A DNA stretch of 64,000 nucleotides. Source: Candidatus Binatia bacterium. Lineage in GTDB: Bacteria > Desulfobacterota > Binatia > HRBIN30. Below, one piece after another: positions 8,588 through 15,697 of the stretch. The notes under the pieces were generated by a model that had not been told where the DNA came from, made no database searches, and worked only from the letters and a program-made list of their open reading frames with translations. The stretch is from assembly GCA_026004215.1 (NCBI GenBank), contig BPIR01000001.1, forward strand, positions 1,543,860 through 1,607,859, given 5' to 3'. Both the position numbers and the translations under genes were made by a program. The number at the start of each line of letters is the position of its first letter. The stretch's first letter is position 1.

Positions 8588-8782
8588 GAAGCGCCTTGTC
8601 GGCCAATTCCGCTTCCGAGTCAACCAGTCCGCCCCCCCTCGCCCCCGCAGGCGACGACTTCCGAAAAATATCTCAGATTCCTCTCGCTTTTCCGATTCCG
8701 ATGGAGTAGTCGGGTTATCAAAGTCCGCGCTTTGCCTGGGATGGTAGTGGCGAGAGGGCTGGATGGCGTTGCGGAGGGGAGC

Positions 8783-9829
8783 ATGAAAAATGTGATGCGA
8801 TCGCGATGGACGGTAGTGGGCAGCGCAATTGGCACCGGCCTGTTGATTGCCTGCACTGCCTTGGCCACGCCAGTTTCACCCTCGTCCTTGACCATTGCCC
8901 CAGGGCTCGGCTCGACACAGTGGTTCATATTCAACGACGCTGGTACGGACGGCGGCCCGTTTGGCGGGACTTGCGACGACTCGGCGGCTTTCGGGATTGA
9001 CGATGCGGACTCGGCTTCAGGCAACGACGATGCTTTCGACATAGCCTGGACGGTGTGGATCGATGGCACGGCGTTCGTGGCGCCAGCCACGGTGGATCTC
9101 ACCGGTACAACGCTGTTGGCGGGGCCGGTGACTATGTCAGGCTTGAACGTCTGGGTGCAGTACTTCTTTTCCACAACTCATCAGGCAGCCAGAATCCTGG
9201 TGATCATGCAAAACACGGGCTCGGCCCCCATCAACGCCACTGTCCAAGTACCCATCAACTTCGGTTCCGACAGCGACACGCAGGTAGAGGCTACCTCGAG
9301 CGGGGATACAACCGTGAGTACGGCGGACCGCTGGGTGGTCACTTCGGATGGCGGTATCGGTGATCCCGTCAACACGACCGTGTTTTACGGCCCAGGGAGC
9401 CCCGCTCTCACACCTTCGAGCTACACGCAAACAGTTTTCGATTGCTCCAGTACTGACGGACTCGGAGCTACGTTCGGCGCACAAATTCCCGCTGCTAGCG
9501 CTCGTGCCCTCATGTTCTTCGCCGGCTTGGGGGACATCTCCGGGACGGGCAATTCTGTTACCAACGCAGTGACCAACGCTGCTCTTTTCGACTCCGTTTC
9601 CAACCTGAGTGCGACCGACCTTCTCACCGGAGTCACCGCGGGTACGTCGGAGAGCGTGCTCGTTTTGAACTGGGAGGGCTTGTCGCTGCCGCTTCCGCAA
9701 CAGCGCCTACGCGTATCGCCGGCCCCCGCGCTGCACGACACATCGCTCTTCCTGCTCGCCGTGGTCCTGACCGGGCTAGGTGCGTGGAACTTATGGAGAG
9801 CCCGGCGGCTCAGCCGCCCGCGGGCGTGA
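8783..9829 (+). CDS. Secreted hypothetical protein with a PEP-CTERM-like C-terminal anchor
   Basis: Signal peptide MKNVMRSRWTVVGSAIGTGLLIACTALA and a Ser/Thr/Gly/Asp-rich body. The C-terminus is SPAPALHDTSLFLLAVVLTGLGAWNLWRARRLSRPRA, a proline motif plus TM helix plus Arg-rich tail resembling PEP-CTERM. Confidence 0.55.
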   Translation: MKNVMRSRWTVVGSAIGTGLLIACTALATPVSPSSLTIAPGLGSTQWFIFNDAGTDGGPFGGTCDDSAAFGIDDADSASGNDDAFDIAWTVWIDGTAFVAPATVDLTGTTLLAGPVTMSGLNVWVQYFFSTTHQAARILVIMQNTGSAPINATVQVPINFGSDSDTQVEATSSGDTTVSTADRWVVTSDGGIGDPVNTTVFYGPGSPALTPSSYTQTVFDCSSTDGLGATFGAQIPAASARALMFFAGLGDISGTGNSVTNAVTNAALFDSVSNLSATDLLTGVTAGTSESVLVLNWEGLSLPLPQQRLRVSPAPALHDTSLFLLAVVLTGLGAWNLWRARRLSRPRA

Positions 9830-9928
9830 CATCTCTCGAGCCGGCTAACTGCAGCGGCCCGAGAAAGCCGGCAACGCACATCCCCCCTGTCGCCTTCGAC
9901 CCAGCGCTCGCAGGAGTCGCTTTTGAGC

Positions 9929-11983
9929 TCACCTCGCCACCTCGATGCGGTAGTTTCCCCAGCGATCGATCGTGGCTACGTCGCCGGGTTGCAGCACGAT
10001 CGTGGTAAAGGGTTCTTCGACGATCGCCGGACCGACCAAGCGTTGCCCGGGGTGCAAACTCGGCCCGTGAAACACCGGGGTGGAGACAAAGCGCTTTCCA
10101 AAATACGCGCGGCGCACGCCTACAGGCGTAGGCCTCCCCCGTTTGACCCCGAGTACTGGCAAACTCGGCTTCGCCGTGTGCTGAACCACGGTGAGCCGGA
10201 GCCCGCGCAAAATCGGCCGTTCCTCGCGCACGGCATACGTGTGAAGCTGTTCGTGCAAGTCGTGGAAGCGTTCGATCGTGGCCTCCCACAGCTTGCGCGT
10301 CACTGCCCGGGCGCTGTTGCCGATCGGCACAGCCAGGTCGAACGTCTGCCCGGGGTAGCACAGATGCGCAAAGCGCCGCAGCTCGACTTTGCCACGCCCG
10401 CCGCCCAAGATACCACGTGCCCGATCCTCCATCTCCGCGAACAAACGCTGCACGCGGTCGAGGTCCGCCTCCGCTGCATTTACGATGTACGAGCGCATTT
10501 CGTCCACCACGCGGTCGGCAAGCAACAGTCCAAGCGCCGAAAACGCCGGCGAGGTTTTCGGCACGACTACCTGTCGGATCCCGAGTTCTTTGGCCTGTGC
10601 GGTCGCGTGCACCGGGCCATTTCCGCCGTACATTACGAGGGTAAAGTCCCGCGGGTCCAGTCCGCGCTGGGCCGAAATCCTCCGGATCGCGTTGGCCATG
10701 TTGGCGTTGACGAGCCGGTAAATCCCGTAAGCCGCTTCGACCGTGGACAGCCCCAGCGGCTTGGCAATTTGCTGTTCCAGTGCCTCGGCTACACCCTCCG
10801 CCACGAGCTTCATGGCGCCGCCACACAGTCCCTCGGGGTTCAGGTAGCCGAGAACGAGATTGGCGTCGGTAACCGTAACCACCCGGCCTCCGCGACCGTA
10901 ACAAATCGGTCCGGGATCCGCAGCAGCGCTTTGCGGTCCGACTTGCAACGCGCCACTCACCACGCGGGCGAGCGAGCCGCCACCCGCGCCAATCGAGTGC
11001 ACTTGCACCATCGGCAACGCCACCAGGTAGCGGTGGTGCCAGTTCCACCCCGATTTGATCTCCGCCTGGGCGCCCCGCACCAGGCACACGTCGTAACTCG
11101 TGCCGCCCATGTCCGCACAAATGAAATCCTGCACGCCGGCCTCGCGGCCCCAGTGGCATGCAGCGATGACTCCACCGGTCGGACCTGAGGCCAGCAGCGT
11201 AACCGGCCGTTCCAGGATGTACGCCGGACCCATCATGCCGCCGTTGGACTGCATGAGGAGCAGTTCGCCGCGATAACCGGCCCCGGCGAGACGTTCAGCC
11301 AGCCGGCGCACGTAGCGCTCGATTTTTGGTCCTACGTACGCATTCACCAAGGTGGTGCTCGTGCGCTCGAACTCCGGTGCGGCGGGCATGACTTCGTGCG
11401 AAAGCCACACGGCCATTTCCGGGCACTCCTCGCGAGCGATCTCGCGCACGCGACGCTCATGCGCCGGGTTGACAAAAGAAAAGAGGAACACCACCGCCAG
11501 CGACTCCGTTCCTTGCCGGCGCAACCGCCGCAATGCGTGGCGTACGGCATCTTCGTCGAGCGGGACCAAGACGTTGCCCTCGAAATCGAGCCGCTCCGGC
11601 ACTCCAATGCGACGGCGTCGCGGCGCAATCGGTGGCGGCGGAGGCAAGGCGGGGTCCCAAATGTCTTCCTTGAAACCGCGGCGCAACTCGATTTCATCGC
11701 GATGGCCCGCGCTGGTGATCAGCCCGGTGACGGCGCCGTTCATCTCGATCATCGTGTTGTCCGCAGTGGTGGTGCCGTGCACGATGCGCTGGGTACCTCC
11801 GAGGAGCTGGGCCAGCGACATCCCCTCTCGAGCCGCGATGCGTTCGAGCCCCGCGATGACTCCTTCCGACTGGTCGTGTGGCGTCGTCGGATGCTTCGCG
11901 ATCTCCAAAGAACCATCGGGGCGGGTCACCACGAAGTCCGTGAAAGTTCCACCTACGTCAATGCCAATCCCGTATCCCCGCAT
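9929..11983 (-). CDS. hyuA: Hydantoinase/oxoprolinase family protein, A/beta subunit (HyuA; acetone-carboxylase beta-like)
   Basis: 684 aa. N-terminus GIDVGGTFTDFV and conserved Hydantoinase_A blocks (DMGGTSYDV, SGPTGGV). Confidence 0.9.
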   Translation of the reverse strand: MRGYGIGIDVGGTFTDFVVTRPDGSLEIAKHPTTPHDQSEGVIAGLERIAAREGMSLAQLLGGTQRIVHGTTTADNTMIEMNGAVTGLITSAGHRDEIELRRGFKEDIWDPALPPPPPIAPRRRRIGVPERLDFEGNVLVPLDEDAVRHALRRLRRQGTESLAVVFLFSFVNPAHERRVREIAREECPEMAVWLSHEVMPAAPEFERTSTTLVNAYVGPKIERYVRRLAERLAGAGYRGELLLMQSNGGMMGPAYILERPVTLLASGPTGGVIAACHWGREAGVQDFICADMGGTSYDVCLVRGAQAEIKSGWNWHHRYLVALPMVQVHSIGAGGGSLARVVSGALQVGPQSAAADPGPICYGRGGRVVTVTDANLVLGYLNPEGLCGGAMKLVAEGVAEALEQQIAKPLGLSTVEAAYGIYRLVNANMANAIRRISAQRGLDPRDFTLVMYGGNGPVHATAQAKELGIRQVVVPKTSPAFSALGLLLADRVVDEMRSYIVNAAEADLDRVQRLFAEMEDRARGILGGGRGKVELRRFAHLCYPGQTFDLAVPIGNSARAVTRKLWEATIERFHDLHEQLHTYAVREERPILRGLRLTVVQHTAKPSLPVLGVKRGRPTPVGVRRAYFGKRFVSTPVFHGPSLHPGQRLVGPAIVEEPFTTIVLQPGDVATIDRWGNYRIEVAR

Positions 11984-12004
11984 CGCCGCCTCGCCGGTCC
12001 GCGC

Positions 12005-13852
12005 TCACGCCCCAGAAGCTCCAGCTTGCGCGCGCATTTGCGCTCGTAGCGCTGCTGTCGCCTCCCAATCCACCTCCAAGGTGAGATCTTCGAGCGAGCC
12101 GCGGAGAACCACTCCATAGTCGCGCCGGGCACCTTCGACAGACACATACTCGTCCAACACGTCTTCGAGTACCTTTTCCGGATCGCGCTCCAGCGGGTCT
12201 CCCCAACCCCCACCCCCACCGTAGCGGTACTCGTAGCGTTCGCCCGGCAAGTGCTCGACGTAAAACGCCGTGGTCGTCACCTCGTGCGCATGAGGCCCGC
12301 CCGCACGCACGATCAACCGGTTCGGGGCGCCCGGCTTGCCACCGGCGATGCCGGGCATGGGATACTTTCGCCCCACCACGTACGTGTAAATTTGTGCCGG
12401 AGCGCAAATTTCCTTGACGTACAGCGACCCGGGGCAGCCGCGCCATTTTCCGGGGCCGCCGGTATCCGTGGCATAGTCGCGGGAAATGTGGCGCACGGGG
12501 AAAATGGATTCGTTGATTTCCGCGGTTGCTCGGATCAGGTTGCCGAAGCTGACGTTCATGGCGCCCCAGCCATCTTGCCCGTACACGGCTCCGCAATACG
12601 CGGCGAAGGTGTCCACTGAATGGTCAATGAACAGTTGCCCGGTCTTGGGGTGCTTGCCAAAAATTACCGTTGGCATCCCCATTTTGTAAATCTGCGGGCA
12701 GCAGCGTTCGGGGATCACCTTTTCCAACGCTTTCGCAATAGCCTCGCCGACCTCGGTACCCGGGTGGTGGGTGCCCGCAGCCACCGATCGCTCCGGGGGC
12801 GGGTTGAGACAGCAGCCCGGAGGCACAATGAGCCGAATGGAATTGAAGAACCCCTCGTTTTTCGGGATGGAAGGGTCCATCATGCTGGCAAGCTGGGCAA
12901 CGACGTATCCGCGCGTGTTGCCAAACGTCGAGTACGCCTGCAGGTTGTCCCGCATGTCGGAGCCGGTGAAATCCACGGTGAGGTCGCTCCCCCGCACGGT
13001 AACCTTGCAGTGGATGTGGATGTCGGGGTTTCCTTTAGGATCGTGGTCCACGTACACGTCCGACTCGTACTCGCCGTCGGGCCATTTCGCCACTTCCTCG
13101 CGAAAGCGTCGTGCTGCGTAGTCGATCATGTATTCCACCGCTCCCCGAACGGTGGCCGTGCCGTAACGAGCCAAGACCTCCTTCAAGCGGCGCACACCGA
13201 GTTGCGCAGCACCAATCTGGGCGCGCAAGTCCCCCAGGAAGGTCGGGGTGCGATTGTTCACCTTCATCATGTACACCACGTCCCGCCGCTCGACGCCACG
13301 CTCGTACACTTTCACGGCGGGAAAGCGCACGCCCTCGGCCCAAATGTCGCGCGCATCCACGTTGTAGCCGCCGGGCATGGCGCCACCGGTGTCCGCATGG
13401 TGGCACTGAATCGAGGCAATGAGCACCATCTCACCGTCGTGAAACACGGGGGCGAACACGTTGTAGTCGGGGAGATGGCCGCCGCCGTGGTACGGGTCGT
13501 TCGCAACCAAAACGTCCCCATCGAACAGTCCGTCGCGCCCAAAGAAATCCAGTGCAAAACGCACGGGCAGGGTCGAACTCAGCATGAATTGCGGGATCCC
13601 CACACTCAGTGCAGCCAGCGAGCCACGCGCATCGAGGATCGTGGCATTGCGCTCGTTCGACTGATTCAAGATGGGCGTTGTGGCCGTCAAGCTCACGTGC
13701 GTGGCCATTTCGTAGCAAATGGTTTCCATGGCGCCGCGAATGATTTCCGCGGTGACGGGATCGAGCGAACGCTGTGCCCGGGGGCGTTTGCGCTCTCTGC
13801 TGTGCGCCGCTTTCGCTGGTTTTCGACGGACGGATCTCTGGTGGCCGCGCAT
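12005..13852 (-). CDS. hyuB: Hydantoinase B/oxoprolinase family protein (HyuB)
   Basis: DPVTAEIIRGAMETICYEMA...ANDPYHGGGHLPD matches Hydantoinase_B. Start chosen at the internal MRGHQRS so it does not overlap the upstream DUF35 gene. Confidence 0.85.
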   Translation of the reverse strand: MRGHQRSVRRKPAKAAHSRERKRPRAQRSLDPVTAEIIRGAMETICYEMATHVSLTATTPILNQSNERNATILDARGSLAALSVGIPQFMLSSTLPVRFALDFFGRDGLFDGDVLVANDPYHGGGHLPDYNVFAPVFHDGEMVLIASIQCHHADTGGAMPGGYNVDARDIWAEGVRFPAVKVYERGVERRDVVYMMKVNNRTPTFLGDLRAQIGAAQLGVRRLKEVLARYGTATVRGAVEYMIDYAARRFREEVAKWPDGEYESDVYVDHDPKGNPDIHIHCKVTVRGSDLTVDFTGSDMRDNLQAYSTFGNTRGYVVAQLASMMDPSIPKNEGFFNSIRLIVPPGCCLNPPPERSVAAGTHHPGTEVGEAIAKALEKVIPERCCPQIYKMGMPTVIFGKHPKTGQLFIDHSVDTFAAYCGAVYGQDGWGAMNVSFGNLIRATAEINESIFPVRHISRDYATDTGGPGKWRGCPGSLYVKEICAPAQIYTYVVGRKYPMPGIAGGKPGAPNRLIVRAGGPHAHEVTTTAFYVEHLPGERYEYRYGGGGGWGDPLERDPEKVLEDVLDEYVSVEGARRDYGVVLRGSLEDLTLEVDWEATAALRAQMRAQAGASGA

Positions 13853-13892
13853 AGGCCTATCCTCCCGCTGATCGAGAAATGCCCCGGCACCG

Positions 13893-14312
13893 TCACGCCG
13901 AACGGCGCCGTGGCCGAAACTTCGGAAGCACCACATCCTCGCGCACCTTTTCGAACACCACTTCCACCGGCATGCCGATGGTCAGTTCCTCCAGTGGGCA
14001 GTCGACAATTTGGGTATGGAGTCGAGGTCCCTCGTCGAGCTCGACGATGGCGACGTTGTACGGAGCGTCTTCGTTAAACGCGGGGTACTGGGATTGGTGG
14101 ACGACGACCCAACTAAACACTCGGCCTTTGCCCGAGAGAGATGCCCACTCGTACCCCTCGCTGGAACAGCGCGGGCAAAGAACCGCAGGCGGGAAGCGAT
14201 AGTGACCACATGCACGGCAGCGTTGCAGCCTAAGTTCGCCCCGCAACGCGGCTTCCCAAAACGGGGCTGTATCTTCGGTGCCTCGCGGCAGGGGTTTTTC
14301 CAGGGTAAACAT
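13893..14312 (-). CDS. DUF35 OB-fold/zinc-ribbon protein (thiolase-partner family)
   Basis: CRACGHYRFPPAVLCPRCSS zinc ribbon followed by an OB fold, directly downstream of the thiolase-like gene. This is the canonical DUF35 and SCP-x pairing. Confidence 0.75.
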   Translation of the reverse strand: MFTLEKPLPRGTEDTAPFWEAALRGELRLQRCRACGHYRFPPAVLCPRCSSEGYEWASLSGKGRVFSWVVVHQSQYPAFNEDAPYNVAIVELDEGPRLHTQIVDCPLEELTIGMPVEVVFEKVREDVVLPKFRPRRRSA

Positions 14313-14321
14313 CGCGTCTCC

Positions 14322-15482
14322 TCAATCGCGCCCCAAAACCAACGCGGAATAACTTACCGTTGGTGGAGACTCGTGCGGAGCTCCACCGTAACCCGTCACG
14401 AGACAAAGCTTCGCATCGGCAACCTGCCGATCGCTGCACTCGCCACGCAGTTGCCGCACGCCTTCGCGCACATGGCCAAATCCCCACAGATGCCCCTCGG
14501 AAAGCAGTCCCCCCGCTGTGTTCACGGGCAAGCGACCGCCAAAGGTAAACTCCCCCCGGGCAAAAGCTCGGTCGAGCTCCTCCGGGGCTGCAATTCCATA
14601 AGCGACAAGGTCGTTCACGACCCGAGGCGTGAATGCGTCGTACAGTTGCGCGCAGTCCAAGTCGGCCGCAACGATTCCAGCACTGGCATATGCTCGCCGC
14701 GCCGCACCTGTGCCGCCCCAGAGCTCTTGATAGTCGCCAGTGGGCACGATGACTTCCGCTCGGTGTTCCTGACCTACACCTATGATTCGAACGACTGGTT
14801 GCCGTAGGTCACGCGCTCGTTCTACGGAAGTCACCACAATGGCACCGCCACCATCGGTATTCGGGCAACAATCGAACAAACGCAACGGCTCGGCCACCCA
14901 CCGCGAGTGGAAATAGTCGTCCAACGTCATCGGTTTGCGCATCTGCGCCTCGGGGTTCCGTTGGGCGTGCGCGCGGCAGGTCACGGCCACGCGCCCGTAC
15001 AATTCGTCGGGCAAATTGTATTCGAATTGCTGGCGGCGGCGGATAAAGCCGGTAAAACAAATCGCCCCAACGTCACCGTACACCAAGTGAAACTCGGAGC
15101 CGAACAATTGCAACGGCACTCCTTGCGGCCAAGTTTGCGTACCGAAGGCGCACAGAACCACTGAGCAGTAACCGGCTTCGATGGCGGCCATCGCCACGTG
15201 CACGGCACCACAAGCAGTGGCGCCACCCATGTCCAAGGTCGTGCAAAAACTCGGATCGAGCCCCAGGTACGCGGCGACCCGAGCCGCCCAACCGTGTTGT
15301 TCTCCGATGGCCGCGGGCATTACCGCAAGAAGTCCGTCGACAGCGCGCATCTCGAGTCCGGCGTCCTCCACCGCGCGCTTGCTCGCCTCCAACGTGAAGC
15401 CCATCGCGCTCACACCCGGCACTTTACCGAAACGCGACACACCGACTCCGGCGATGGCGTATTTTCCGCAAGCCGTTCCCAT
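14322..15482 (-). CDS. Thiolase-like (SCP-x/lipid-transfer-protein type) protein
   Basis: Thiolase fold blocks (YAIAGVGVSRFGK..., MGGATACGAVHVA, NTAGGLLSEGHLWGFGHV) of the non-canonical SCP-x/Ltp class. Confidence 0.8.
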   Translation of the reverse strand: MGTACGKYAIAGVGVSRFGKVPGVSAMGFTLEASKRAVEDAGLEMRAVDGLLAVMPAAIGEQHGWAARVAAYLGLDPSFCTTLDMGGATACGAVHVAMAAIEAGYCSVVLCAFGTQTWPQGVPLQLFGSEFHLVYGDVGAICFTGFIRRRQQFEYNLPDELYGRVAVTCRAHAQRNPEAQMRKPMTLDDYFHSRWVAEPLRLFDCCPNTDGGGAIVVTSVERARDLRQPVVRIIGVGQEHRAEVIVPTGDYQELWGGTGAARRAYASAGIVAADLDCAQLYDAFTPRVVNDLVAYGIAAPEELDRAFARGEFTFGGRLPVNTAGGLLSEGHLWGFGHVREGVRQLRGECSDRQVADAKLCLVTGYGGAPHESPPTVSYSALVLGRD

Positions 15483-15697
15483 CGAACTCCCACTCCGGCC
15501 CACAATTCAATCAACTGATTAAAGCAACTGCTTGCCTGAGGGAAAGGCCCGAGTCAAGCGCCGCCCGTCCGATTCCCCAGCGCCCCATTGCCGGTCCATG
15601 GCCACCGAAGGACCGGGCCGAACCTTCCGTTTGGCTCGGCCCGACCGGCCGACATAGATGCCAATGCCGGTTCCGCCCCGCCCTTGCCGGCCCGGTA

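Noticed and set aside
9810-11188. 449-aa and 421-aa ORFs overlapping hyuA on both strands
   Set aside because: Low-complexity R/G/P-rich products. hyuA on the minus strand has unambiguous family motifs.
12620-14077. 485-aa plus-strand ORF across hyuB and DUF35
   Set aside because: Antisense artefact. Its sequence has His/Val/Arg runs and no domain, and hyuB is well supported.
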